From: a virus | Length of the DNA stretch: 64,000 bases | Virus record (IMG/VR): IMGVR_UViG_3300027736_000020 | Coordinates: 64,001-128,000 of that record | Reading direction: 5' to 3' (one strand) | Shown here: piece after piece, positions 9,593 to 20,400 of the stretch | Layout of the letters: the number at the start of each line of letters is the position of its first letter | How positions within the stretch are numbered: the stretch's first letter is position 1 | Position numbers and translations under genes: made by a program | The notes under the pieces: model-generated | What the model was told of the DNA's origin: nothing | The model's input: the letters and a program-made list of their open reading frames with translations, nothing else | Databases searched by the model: none

Positions 9593-10564
9593 TTACGTCC
9601 TTGTATACAAAAGAATGACTGCAGCATCGGCTGCGCCATTTGAAGCAGTTACGTCTATTGTAACATAGTCACTTGAAGTAAAGGCAACGTTGACTGCGGT
9701 GACACTTGAGGTATAGGAGCCTGCGGAAAGACTTGCAGTTGCTATTGTCGCGCCATTTTTTTCTACCGCAATTGAAAACGGTCCCGAAGTTGGCGCAGTA
9801 GAAGCATTGATATAGACACTCGTCACCGTGATTGATTGATCGGGATACCAACGCAATGTTCCGTTCTGTACACTAATCGGGCCGACAAAGTTGCATGTCT
9901 TTGTATACGTGGAACTTCCACCTCCACCACCGCTTGATCCGTTTGCCGCTCCGGTGATTCTTCCCTGCGCATCAATCGTGATATTTGCGCTTGTGTAATA
10001 TCCGGCAGTGACGGCAGTGTTTGCCAAGGCGATGGTTACTGCTGAAGAGCCATTGAAGCTTGTTCCCGACAGTCCTGTACCTATGGTGAGCGCGTTGGTG
10101 GTGGTGCCTCCACCGCCACTGCCGCTTGAGGCTGCAGTAATCCTTCCTTGTTGGTCTACGGTAATGCTTGCATTGGTGTATGATGCAGGAGTAACCGCAG
10201 TATTCGCCAATGCAATCGTGACTGCTGAAGAGCCATTGAAACTGCTGCCCGAAAGACCTGTTCCTATTGTAAGCGAATTTGTTGTCGTCCCTCCACCACC
10301 ACCAAAGGCAGTTTCCGCTCCAGATGCTCCATTCCTGTAATAGAATGATCCTGCGCGAGAATAAAAAATGGAAAGACCAGCTCCCGGTGCAGAAGGAGTT
10401 GATCCAAGATCACTTAACTTGAGAGAACCACTGGAAACGGTAACGTCTCCAGTGGCAACCATCAGTCCGCTTGTTACTTCCGTGGTTTGACCAATGGCCA
10501 ACCCACCAGTAATGACTTGGCTTCCAACAACATCCATGCTGTTGGAAGCTGTGAAACTAGGCAT
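9593..10564 (-). CDS. Tail fibre-like protein with internal duplication
   Basis: 323 aa, Gly-rich. Two copies of TTTN.LTIGTGLSG.SFNGSSAVTIALANTAVT..Y..A.IT.D.QGRIT and a small C-terminal beta domain. Confidence 0.75.
   Translation of the reverse strand: MPSFTASNSMDVVGSQVITGGLAIGQTTEVTSGLMVATGDVTVSSGSLKLSDLGSTPSAPGAGLSIFYSRAGSFYYRNGASGAETAFGGGGGTTTNSLTIGTGLSGSSFNGSSAVTIALANTAVTPASYTNASITVDQQGRITAASSGSGGGGTTTNALTIGTGLSGTSFNGSSAVTIALANTAVTAGYYTSANITIDAQGRITGAANGSSGGGGGSSTYTKTCNFVGPISVQNGTLRWYPDQSITVTSVYINASTAPTSGPFSIAVEKNGATIATASLSAGSYTSSVTAVNVAFTSSDYVTIDVTASNGAADAAVILLYTRT
9945..10305 (-). repeat. Two tandem 183-bp (61-aa) coding repeats
   Basis: gctgaagagccattgaa occurs at 10041 and 10224 (spacing 183), matching the protein duplication. 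Confidence 0.8.
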
Positions 10565-13045
10565 TTAGTTTGATCCTGACTCCGTTGTCTCAACTGAGGC
10601 TGTCCAGTTGATTGTGGTAGATGTCAACCCGGTAACCTTCAGTTCAATAGCGTCATTTGCAGTGTCTGCGGCAATCGAAACGGAACATGTTGCCAATCCG
10701 GATTCTGCCGAAGCAAGAACCATTGGATCACCAACGAGGACAGTTCCTCCTGCACTCTTGTTCTTCCTGAATATTCCGACAATTTGCCAAGCTGCTCCAA
10801 TATTATTCGTGCAATCATAGGCAGATATCTTTACCGTGACCCACCATGTCGCTCCCTTGGTTGATTGAGGAAGCTTCACAATATTCGATGCTGTCGCTGA
10901 TCCACCATCTGTGGTCAACGTTGTCTGTGCGTTTCCTGTAGTCTGGACATAAAGCATGTAATATCCAAGACGATGATAATTGGCAGTTGCCGCTGGATAC
11001 GCGAGCGCACTTGTTTGCGATCCGGCCACAAAGGAAAGTCCTGATGCGTCAGTCAGCAATGTTCCACTCGTCGGCAATGTAACTGATGTTGTTCCACTGG
11101 AAACAAACGTGATGGAATTCGCTCCACTGGTGATAAGGGATCCTCCGTTCGCAATGTTGAGCGTTGCAGTTCCGCCTGTTGTAACGGTCAATCCATTGAT
11201 GGTTTTGTTGGTAAGGGATTCCGTACCAGCCACAGTAGCCAGTGTTCCAGACGTAGGCAATGTGACACTCGTCGCTGCGGTAGATGTCAATGTCGTGCTG
11301 TACGCACCAGCCGTTACCAGCGAACCTCCGCTGACAATGGTTAACGTTCCCGTGGTGCTCGTAACTGTCAATCCATTGACGGTTTTGTTGGTAAGGGATT
11401 CCGTACCAGCCAGAGTAGCCAGTGTTCCTGATGTCGGAAGCGTGACACTCGTCGCTGCGGTAGATGTCAATGTCGTGCTGTACGCACCAGCCGTTACCAG
11501 CGAACCTCCGTTGACAACGGTCAACGTTCCCGTGGTGCTTGTAACTGTCAATCCATTTATGCTTTTATTGGTAAGGGCTTGTGATCCTGTCAGTGTGGCA
11601 ACAGTGGAGTCAATCGCAAGGGTGTTTCCGGTCTTGGTTAGACCTGTTCCAGCAAGAATTGATCCTGCACCGGAAAACTGTGTGAACGACAAGCCTGTTG
11701 TTCCTACAGTAATCGTTCCATTGGTTGTCAGCACCCATCCTGTATCCGCAGAAACGGTTCCTTCTTCAACGAAAGCAAACGCACCCGGCGTCACTTCCTG
11801 ACTGCTGTCAAAATCCGTTGCGCGAGTCCATGCGCCTCCTGAAACAACAACGTAAATACCGTTGTCTGCAGTGACAGTTTGATCCTTGACAAGAACACGA
11901 TCTCCAGCAATAACGGCAACACCGTCAATGGTCATTGTTGAATTAAGAGAGGCAATGTTTGCTGTTGTCGTGACGCGGACGGAATCCTTGACATCCAATC
12001 CTACTTTTACGGCATCAACATAGGCTTGAGTGGCAAGTGTTCCACTTGTCGGCAAGGTAACACTTGTTGTTCCGGTGGATACAAAAGTGATTGAATTTCC
12101 GCCCGAAGTAACAATTGAGCTTCCACTTGCCAGAGTCAATGTTCCATTTGTAGAAGTGATAGTCAATCCATTGACGGTCTTGTTCGTGAGAGCTTCCGTC
12201 CCAGCCAAGGTAGCCAGTGTTCCCGATGTAGGAAGCGTGACACTTGTCGCTGCGGTAGAAGTCAATGTAATGCTGTTTGCACCAGCCGTTACCAAGGAAC
12301 TGCTATTTGCCAGTGTCAGTGTTCCCGTGGTACTCGTAACTGTCAATCCATTGATGGTCTTGTTCGTGAGGGATTCCGTGCCAGCCAGAGTAGCAAGCGT
12401 TCCCGATGTTGGAAGCGTGACACTCGTCGCTGCTGTGGATGTCAATGTCGTGCTGTACGCACCAGCCGTTATCAGCGAACCTCCGTTGACAACGGTCAAC
12501 GTTCCCGTGGTGCTCGTAACTGTCAATCCATTGATGGTCTTGTTCGTGAGGGATTCCGTGCCAGCAAGCGTCGCAAGCGTTCCTGATGTAGGCAGCGTGA
12601 CACTTGTCGTGTTGGTAGAGGTAAGAGTCAGTGCAAAATTTCCGGAAGTCGTGAATGCATTGGCAGTGCTAACATTTCCACCAACGGTGATTGTGTTCGA
12701 ACCGTTGTTGATTCCTGTACCACCATAGGTAGCACCAATGACCGTGCCATTCCATGTACCGGCACTGATTGTGCCTAGTGATACGGCCCCAGTGGTATAC
12801 AGGGCATAATTGTTTGTTGCGCCGGTTGGTGCAGCAAGCACCAATCCATATGCAGCAGCAGGACTGCCTGTTACTGCATATGTCTTTACGGTTGCAACGG
12901 CATGACCAGTTCCAGAGAGTGAAGTGCCCCCCTGTCCGTCACGCTTCAGGATCAGTCCATCTTTGTAAGACCCATCAACTGTTGCGTCCATGCCTTCAAG
13001 TGGCACGCTGAAAAGAGATTTATTTGTGCCAACAAATGTAACCAT
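10565..13045 (-). CDS. Tail fibre protein with 60-aa tandem repeats
   Basis: 826 aa. Repeats of [38 protein letters not shown]... flank a common phage fibre domain (YVDAVKVGLDVKDSVRV...GDRVLVKDQT...NGIYVV...WTRATDFD...GAFAFVEEGTV). Confidence 0.85.
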   Translation of the reverse strand: MVTFVGTNKSLFSVPLEGMDATVDGSYKDGLILKRDGQGGTSLSGTGHAVATVKTYAVTGSPAAAYGLVLAAPTGATNNYALYTTGAVSLGTISAGTWNGTVIGATYGGTGINNGSNTITVGGNVSTANAFTTSGNFALTLTSTNTTSVTLPTSGTLATLAGTESLTNKTINGLTVTSTTGTLTVVNGGSLITAGAYSTTLTSTAATSVTLPTSGTLATLAGTESLTNKTINGLTVTSTTGTLTLANSSSLVTAGANSITLTSTAATSVTLPTSGTLATLAGTEALTNKTVNGLTITSTNGTLTLASGSSIVTSGGNSITFVSTGTTSVTLPTSGTLATQAYVDAVKVGLDVKDSVRVTTTANIASLNSTMTIDGVAVIAGDRVLVKDQTVTADNGIYVVVSGGAWTRATDFDSSQEVTPGAFAFVEEGTVSADTGWVLTTNGTITVGTTGLSFTQFSGAGSILAGTGLTKTGNTLAIDSTVATLTGSQALTNKSINGLTVTSTTGTLTVVNGGSLVTAGAYSTTLTSTAATSVTLPTSGTLATLAGTESLTNKTVNGLTVTSTTGTLTIVSGGSLVTAGAYSTTLTSTAATSVTLPTSGTLATVAGTESLTNKTINGLTVTTGGTATLNIANGGSLITSGANSITFVSSGTTSVTLPTSGTLLTDASGLSFVAGSQTSALAYPAATANYHRLGYYMLYVQTTGNAQTTLTTDGGSATASNIVKLPQSTKGATWWVTVKISAYDCTNNIGAAWQIVGIFRKNKSAGGTVLVGDPMVLASAESGLATCSVSIAADTANDAIELKVTGLTSTTINWTASVETTESGSN
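11055..11600 (-). repeat. About 3 tandem 180-bp coding repeats (C-terminal block)
   Basis: gtgacactcgtcgctgcggtagatgtcaatgtcgtgctgtacgcaccagccgttaccagcgaacctccg recurs with 180-nt spacing (about 11262 and 11442). Confidence 0.85.
12030..12620 (-). repeat. About 3.3 tandem 180-bp coding repeats (N-terminal block)
   Basis: cact(t/c)gt(c/t)g recurs at 12061, 12241, 12421 and 12601, a period of exactly 180 nt. Confidence 0.85.
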
Positions 13046-13085
13046 TTCTTTCTCCCATTATAGTGTTTGTTTTATTTTACCTTAG

Positions 13086-15494
13086 CTAGCTTATTTCTGT
13101 TGCCTCAATAATTGAAAGCCATTTTATTGCAGTGTTTGTCACACCAAGAACGGTGATGGATACTGCACCCAAGCTAGTGTTTGTGTCAACACTGACGTTT
13201 GCATTATCCAATGCAGTATCAGTCAGTTGTTCATACGTCAATGGACCAACAAAGGTGATTGTGCTTGGACCCAACGCGCGACGATAGATGCCTGAAATGA
13301 TAAATGCTCCAGCAGAAATACCTGCCGCATTTGCAATAATGGTCATTTTTACAAACCATGCAGTATTATTTGTCAAGATTGGCATGTTTGCAGAAGATGC
13401 GGTCAATCCATCCATGGTCATTGTGGCAATTTCATTTGAAGTGGTTGAAGTTTGAAGCATGTATGTGGTGAAATCGTACGAAGTTGATGCGGATACTGGA
13501 GGTACTGATTGGATGGGATAGGAGGAATATGCTGTAGAACTTGCATTATTGTATGCACCCTTTATGGTTACCACAGCTCCCCATGTTATTGATGTGGACG
13601 CAAGACCAATGACTGAAACGACCAATGATCCAAAAGCGGAATTTTCTATGTTGACATAGACTGCTGCACCTGCAAATGCGGAATCAACCGAAACAGTTGT
13701 GGCCATTGGAGTGCCAATGAATTGCGTCGAGGCAATGGTATTTCCTTTCTTGAGCAATCCATTGATTGTCCATCTGCCTCCGCTTGTTCCGGATTGCGCA
13801 TTTGCCACGACATCAACGACGAATGCCCAGACTTGATTGGAAGAAACCACTACATGATTTGTTCCAGACAAGACGCTTGTTGCATATGTTCCTCCGCTTG
13901 TCGTAAGATATGTCGTGTTTGTGTTGTCATTTGTTGTGGCAAAAAGAAGATAACTCTGGTCAGTTTGATTTGCGCGAATGATATTCTGAAGAGAAGTTCC
14001 ATTGATGTTCAATGTACCGGTAAGATTGATTGAAGAACCTGTAAGGTCCATTGTTCCGTCGGAATTCAAATTTATTGATGTTGAGGTATTTGATAATCCG
14101 GCATGAGTATGTGTTGCGGGTGTCCATGTACTTGGAGTGCCGTGTATATGATCCGCTCGCGCAAATGCCGTGGTTGATGATCCAGTGCCTGCTGTTGCAC
14201 CTATGGTGATATTTCCGGGTGTTGCAGACAAAGAAACAATATTCAATCCATGCGCATGATCTCCTCTGGCGACATTATTTGCTGTTCCTGCCACATTTGA
14301 TGTTGAGGAAACCGAAAGGATAGTTGATCCATACGTTACTGAACCAGCTGTGCTCAAGGCATCATGTGTATGGTCTCCATACGCCGCTGTTGTATGACTT
14401 GTACCAAGTTGCAAGTGTATGGTGGTATCAGCAATATGCGTGGAAAGATTTGTAGATACCGTATTGATGTTTGTTTGCAAGGAATTTGTTGCGGTAGTAA
14501 GATTTGCTGCAGTGTTTGTCTGCAATGTGTTAATGCTGGTATATATTGTGGCACTAGTGGAAAGAAGCTGGGCATATGTCGCCACTGTTGTGTCAAGTTT
14601 TGTAAGGGGAAGTGATCCATCTGCAATACTTGTTCCCGGAACAGTCAAGTTGACTGGCGGCGAAGTGGATCCAGACAATGATGGTAATGCTCCATTGTTG
14701 AAAACCGAAGAAATGGAATTGTTTATTTGTGATTGTGTGACATCAGAAAGGGAAACGCCATTAAAATATAGCGTTCCTGATGTGCGTATTCCATATGAAT
14801 CAAACACGGTCGTCTGGAATGCACTATCCTGATCATTTGATTTTGTCGTAACAGAAAACCCCTTGTTTCCCAGCGACAACGTATTCCCTTGTGAGGTGCC
14901 AAAAACTATTTTTCTTTCTCTGTCAAAGGGAATATTCCAAGGATTCGTGACATTGTAGGCATTCTTTGCTTCAAGATCATCGGGGATGTCGAGGCCATCA
15001 GCATCAGTGACGAGAAAATACGTCTTGTCTGGAAACACCATTTCGTATTTCCCAGTTGCGGTAAGTCGTTCGTAGACATTGCTGTAATGTCTATCTATCC
15101 GTGAGCCAGCTTCATTAAATGTTAATTCATTTAAACCCGGGGAAATGAATCCTACGCAAATTGGTATTGAAGAATTTCCTTCAACAAAACAAAGCATTGC
15201 GTATGCATCACGCGTTCCCGTGGGTTTTGCAAGCAAATTATCAGTTACCTGTTTGCTTGGATCAACAAGGGGAAGCCAATTTCTTCCTTCTTTTTGTGAA
15301 TAGACGGTGTTGAGGACAGGAACATTTTGCCATTGAATACCTTGCTGTGTGCCTTCTCCCACACAGTTTATTGTTGCCGTTTGCGTGTTTATGGAAACAA
15401 TTCTTGCAATGATGAAATTTGAGATAGGAGGTCTTGCAGTGATGTCAATATTTTGTATTGCAGATTGCCCATAATATGTTTCTAAAACAGACAT
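13086..15494 (-). CDS. Baseplate central spike (gp5/gpV-like N-terminus) fused to a fibre-like C-terminus
   Basis: 802 aa directly after the hub gene. N-terminal IIARIVSINTQTATINCV...WQNVPVL...YAMLCFVEGNSSIPICVGF is typical of spike OB folds. The C-terminus has His-containing fibre segments (HTTAAYGDHTH, ARGDHAH, ARADHIH) and two beta-sandwich copies. Confidence 0.6.
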   Translation of the reverse strand: MSVLETYYGQSAIQNIDITARPPISNFIIARIVSINTQTATINCVGEGTQQGIQWQNVPVLNTVYSQKEGRNWLPLVDPSKQVTDNLLAKPTGTRDAYAMLCFVEGNSSIPICVGFISPGLNELTFNEAGSRIDRHYSNVYERLTATGKYEMVFPDKTYFLVTDADGLDIPDDLEAKNAYNVTNPWNIPFDRERKIVFGTSQGNTLSLGNKGFSVTTKSNDQDSAFQTTVFDSYGIRTSGTLYFNGVSLSDVTQSQINNSISSVFNNGALPSLSGSTSPPVNLTVPGTSIADGSLPLTKLDTTVATYAQLLSTSATIYTSINTLQTNTAANLTTATNSLQTNINTVSTNLSTHIADTTIHLQLGTSHTTAAYGDHTHDALSTAGSVTYGSTILSVSSTSNVAGTANNVARGDHAHGLNIVSLSATPGNITIGATAGTGSSTTAFARADHIHGTPSTWTPATHTHAGLSNTSTSINLNSDGTMDLTGSSINLTGTLNINGTSLQNIIRANQTDQSYLLFATTNDNTNTTYLTTSGGTYATSVLSGTNHVVVSSNQVWAFVVDVVANAQSGTSGGRWTINGLLKKGNTIASTQFIGTPMATTVSVDSAFAGAAVYVNIENSAFGSLVVSVIGLASTSITWGAVVTIKGAYNNASSTAYSSYPIQSVPPVSASTSYDFTTYMLQTSTTSNEIATMTMDGLTASSANMPILTNNTAWFVKMTIIANAAGISAGAFIISGIYRRALGPSTITFVGPLTYEQLTDTALDNANVSVDTNTSLGAVSITVLGVTNTAIKWLSIIEATEIS

Positions 15495-15499
15495 GTCAG

Positions 15500-17449
15500 T
15501 TATACAATTTCTTCATTATTATTTGCCTTGAATTCATACTCATCAACGACACTATTGTCATATTGAATTTCTGCAACAACGGTGGTTTCTTCTTCTGGGC
15601 TTGAGGCTGTTTCGTCTGAAACAGTAGCGGGAGATGTCATGTACAAGTCAGCAAGCAAGGATTCTGCAGATGGAAGTGTAGTGACAAGACTTGTTCCGGC
15701 GATGGGAAGCCCTTCCCATGCCATACCCGGATCTGTTGTGATATCCTGAGACAATCCAGTCAAGGCATATGGAATTTTTGATCCTCTTGAAACCTTTACT
15801 GAAGTTTGAAAAGCTACTGATGGATGAAAAGTCCATGAATGGGAAACTGTCTCAACGTAATACATTTCATAGTCATCTTTTGTTGAACGCGCTTCGGCAT
15901 TTTTTCCTGCATCAGGCACAATGAATAATTCTTGACCAATGCGTATGTATGGATTTCCAATCATGGAAATCTCTCCTGCAAAGATGTTATGCTGCTGCGT
16001 AAACACATCATACATCCATTGATTTATATTATCAAGTATTCTTGTTATGGTATTTTTTTCGTCAATTTTTTCTGAATCTTTATAGAATCCTTGATTCCAA
16101 AATGGAACTGCAACAATCATTGGCTTGAATCCAAATCTTGACATCCCAAGAACATCATAGAGAGGATTAAACGCATCATTTCCATTGTTTAATGAACAAT
16201 TCAACAAACCGTAATTATCAGGGCCACTGGCATTTGTGAATTGAGGAGAACTACGGCAATCGAATTTTTTGCTTTCAGTTGGAAATTGACTTCCCGAAGA
16301 TGGATTTTCTTCAACAGCGTAATCCCTCCATTTTGTAAAGAAAAAAGTTCTTGTGTCATTGTCATGACGAACCAGTATTTTTGAGAGTATTTCATTCCTT
16401 CCAATGAATGCTCTGTTTCCTGCTTCAACAAATTTTGTCTCATTAAAAAATTTTGCATTGCTAGAATCTAAAGGGATGCTATTTGATGCTTCCACGTTGA
16501 CATTGTTTTCTGAAAGAGAGTCCGCAATGAATCTTCCTTTTGGTGGATAAATACCCCATTTGTTTCTGAATGGTGCCCATCGTAAATGAAAAAATGTTTT
16601 TCCCCTGTATTTTTCCGCAACGGTTGGATCATTCTTGTCGTAGTCAACGACAAGAAACTCAAACATGGGAGCGGGTATGAATGCGGATAACCATGTCCAG
16701 AGTGATCCTTGTGCTTGCAGAATGGTATATTGAGAATTTATTATGTATTCTTCTTGTCCGTCACTCATGGGAATGTTTATTTCGTATTGAATATCTCCAG
16801 CGGAAATTAATTGATTGATTGCATCAAATCCAAGAAATTTATCTGTCAAAACTTCTTTGAACATTTTACTCATAAACTCTGTATACCCAACAAGCGCTTT
16901 GACTGTCCCCTTTGTGTTAGACATTGACACGGGTGTCACAGTGGCATTTTCTGTTGATCGTATGATTGATTGAACACCAACATTTATGAACATTCTTTGT
17001 CTTGCCCTTGAAATCTCATTGATAAATTCAACGGGAGGAACAATGTTCTTTTCAGTAAATATTTTTCCAAAATCTCTTCCAGAGATTGTCACGGATCGCA
17101 CTGGAGATCCTCTTTGAATTGTTTCCGTAACTCTTACGGCATCAACAAGACCTCGCATGATTACGGGAGGATCTTTGATATCATCCCTGATTACGCCTAC
17201 TCGGATTTCACAAAGGTCATTGATATTGATGTCTCCAAGATTCACTACCGTGCCATTGAGAATCGAAGGACGCAGTTCAATCTCCCATTGCCCTGCAGGA
17301 TCAGCAACGGATTTTGTCGTTTTGCCTCGAAGAACAAATTCGGAAACATCATATTTGCCAATCGTGATGCGTTGAGATATTGTTCGAACCTTTTTGGAAG
17401 AATCAAATGAAGAGACTTCTTCTGTGGGACTCTTTCGAAAAGAAATCAT
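15500..17449 (-). CDS. Baseplate hub protein (gp27/Tal-like)
   Basis: 649 aa directly after the tape measure. Motifs TTKSVADPAGQWEIEL, INDLCEIRVG, IMRGLVDAVRV, VTISGRDFGKIF, GNPYIRIGQEL, YYVETVSHSW...TSVKVSRG. Confidence 0.75.
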   Translation of the reverse strand: MISFRKSPTEEVSSFDSSKKVRTISQRITIGKYDVSEFVLRGKTTKSVADPAGQWEIELRPSILNGTVVNLGDININDLCEIRVGVIRDDIKDPPVIMRGLVDAVRVTETIQRGSPVRSVTISGRDFGKIFTEKNIVPPVEFINEISRARQRMFINVGVQSIIRSTENATVTPVSMSNTKGTVKALVGYTEFMSKMFKEVLTDKFLGFDAINQLISAGDIQYEINIPMSDGQEEYIINSQYTILQAQGSLWTWLSAFIPAPMFEFLVVDYDKNDPTVAEKYRGKTFFHLRWAPFRNKWGIYPPKGRFIADSLSENNVNVEASNSIPLDSSNAKFFNETKFVEAGNRAFIGRNEILSKILVRHDNDTRTFFFTKWRDYAVEENPSSGSQFPTESKKFDCRSSPQFTNASGPDNYGLLNCSLNNGNDAFNPLYDVLGMSRFGFKPMIVAVPFWNQGFYKDSEKIDEKNTITRILDNINQWMYDVFTQQHNIFAGEISMIGNPYIRIGQELFIVPDAGKNAEARSTKDDYEMYYVETVSHSWTFHPSVAFQTSVKVSRGSKIPYALTGLSQDITTDPGMAWEGLPIAGTSLVTTLPSAESLLADLYMTSPATVSDETASSPEEETTVVAEIQYDNSVVDEYEFKANNNEEIV

Positions 17450-20400
17450 GTGGCTCTCACAATCTGCTTTGATGGATTCAATATTGCATAGTGACTGATT
17501 GCGGCCATGAGATCAACCTCAGTGCTTCCAAGAGAATCACCAGAGGAATTGACAAACTCTATGGTCATCTTGTGAGAGATGGATTGCTGTGACTGTCCTC
17601 TGTCATTGTTGAGACTATTCAAGAAATCATTGGGAAGTATGCGTCCGTTTCCACCCGGCACATAGACTTCCGGACCTTTCTCTCCAACAATGACAGGAGA
17701 GCGGCCAAGGACTTCTCCTCCAGCCGCTTTTTGAGCTAAATCTGAAATGACGTACAGATCATCTTTTGTCACAGAAGTGCCAGTGAAGTCTCTTGGCTTG
17801 CCACCTTCAAGCGTATATGCTTCTCGTACTCTGTCAAGCCAATCAAGTGTTGATTCTGGATTCTCATCGCTGAATCCCGGTGTACCCGACTTTGCGTATG
17901 ATCCATGCCAAAGAAGCAGCGTCTTGTCAATGGCATCGAACGACCGTTGTTTTCCGGAAATCATGCCTTGATTGTAGACAGTTGATCTGATAAGTTGTTC
18001 GTTTCCGTTTTCATCATAGGTGACTTTGTCAAACATGTTGATTTTTTCTGCAATCATTTTGCCTGCAATATCGGCACTGAAAACTGGATTATGGAATGGA
18101 TTCCGATCTTCCTTGGATTTGGAAGGCGCAAGAATTTGAAATAATCCAGTAGCTGATGAGACTGGATTTTCTGCATTGACATCAAAATGACTTTCTTCTT
18201 TCATGAGAGCAAACAGCAAGCGAGGGTCAACAGTGCCGGGGCCATATTTCCCTGAAGCGGCTGATGCTTGCATTGCGCGTTCCTTGAAGAACTCTATGCC
18301 TTCCGGATGACGATTGACAAAATCCACCTCATTGCTCTGCAATGGAACTTTGCTCATGCTATCCTTGAGATCTTTTGCGCTCACTACATAGGAATCGTAT
18401 TGAGGAATAAACGGATGTTCCTGATCAAGCGTGGAAGTCATGCCCCAAGAATTATCCTTTGAGACAAGTGCCTCGCCTGTTTGCATGGATGCCCGCATGC
18501 CTCGATACACAGGTCCACCAAAAGCACGTGCTTCTATGGGCTGAGCAATCATTGCTGTCCTTGCCTGAGGGATCGCGCCTGTATCGAATGCTCTTGCTCC
18601 TCCTGTTATCGCTGCATTTGCAATATCAGTAATCGCTTTTGTAGGTGCGACAATATTTCCTATGACTGCAGATCCAGCATCTGTTATTCCTTTTCCTAAA
18701 ATAATTGGACCTGTAATTGCAGTATTGACTGCAGCTCCTGCAAGCGAAGCAATAGGTTTGTCAATTGGCTGACCGAGCGAGATTGCTGTATATAATTTTG
18801 CAATTGCAGAAGAAAGACTATCTGCTCCAGTTTGAAAAGTGCTTGTAATGCTTGTTATGGCGGATCCAAGCATTTCATTTGCTCTTGTCAATTCTCCGCC
18901 TTCAACCATTGGAGACGTAAGCTGGTTTTTCCCTACCCTATCGGAAAAAATCTCTTGATCAGCCCCCGTTCGTTGATTGCCAGATGGATCAATTACTCTG
19001 CTTCGAATAAATTCATGAATTTTTCCGGCTTGCGCTTGTCGAATCGTATCTTCGTCTTGTCCCGCTTTCACTCCTGCGGAGCGAACATCTCCGAGTTGTG
19101 TGATTAATTCATCCTGAACTTTTTGATTCTTGAATATTCCTTGATTGTTTACCCATCCTGCCAATTCTTCGTCAAACGCTTTGCCTTCATTTGAAGAACT
19201 CAATATGGGAATAAGGGATTTCTGAAGCTGCATTCCCTTTTCTCTTTGTTCTTGCGTATTGGTATCGTTACTTTCAAAAACGCGGGTAAATTGATTCGGA
19301 TTATTATTGAGCGTTCTTTGCCTCGCTCTCTGCGCTTCAGGACTGTTGGTAGCCGCCCTTGCCTTGAGTATCTGCTCTACTCCTGCCGCTCCTGTCTCCA
19401 CTCCCATCTGTTGGGCAACAATACCGTAAACCATGTCATTTTCAAGACTGTCATCAATGATTCCCTTATCATCCTTGCCTGTAAATGATTTCACCATGGT
19501 TGCAATCATTTCATTTCGAAGGTTTGGATCTCCTCCTCGTAATGCACGATTGATTGACATGGGAGAAGTTGGTGCAGAATACGTTTTTTGTTGATCAATA
19601 AGTTTGGATTGTCGAGCTTCCAATTCTTCTTTTGCCGCTTGATCTTCTGCGCTGTTACTAAATTTAGTACCTTGCAATTGTTTTTCAACAGATTCCAATT
19701 CGCTATTTGTACGCTGAAGTAATCCTTGACGTGCTGAATCATATCCAGCAACCATCATCCCCGGAAGTTGTGTTGACCCTATGGCTCCACGAGACACAAG
19801 CGAAGCGTCAAATTTCTGGATTGCTTGTGTGCCAAAACCAATCATTGAGGCATCTCGTTGATTATTAAGCTGACCCATTCCCTGTGAAGCTTGGAATATT
19901 GACGTTTGTGTATCGATTGCATTTCCAATGGAAATATTGCGTCCACCTGATGCCACTTGACCAAGCGCACTGCTTGCTGCATTTTGCAGTGCTTGATCGC
20001 GAAGGGCACCAAATTGACCTTGGCCAATCGCTGCACCAAAATTCCTGTTGAAGCCTATCTCAGTGGCTCCATATCCCTGCCCTCTGCCAAATGTTCCAAC
20101 CAAACCTGAACCACGAAGAGCGTCAACAACTTGACCGTATTGGTTCAAGTTCATTCCAGTCATTCGCGCAGAAGCAATGGTGTCTCCTGCGGAAACTTGA
20201 GAACGAACAACTCTTGTTGATGCACTTATCGAATCAGTAAATCCTTGCAATTCGCGCATGGAAGAAGTCATGAATCGCGTATGTTCAGCAACACTGGTTC
20301 CCAAACCAGTGGATACTTGCTGCACCTTGGTCCTGAAATCAGTCAAGGACATGCCTATATCACGAATTTGCCTGCTGAATTGTCCAAGTTCGTAGTCATT

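Noticed and set aside
11055-12620. Regularly spaced repeats as a possible CRISPR array
   Set aside because: The whole 180-bp unit is repeated, in frame and with synonymous variation; there is no constant-repeat/unique-spacer pattern and no cas genes.
296-12728. V/P/A-rich plus-strand ORFs (296..1042, 10980..11801, 12030..12728 and others)
   Set aside because: Exact antisense of Thr/Gly-rich fibre genes (ACN codons read as Val etc.); not independent genes.
1-13045. Diversity-generating retroelement acting on fibre genes
   Set aside because: No reverse transcriptase in the window, and no repeat pair differing only at adenines was found.
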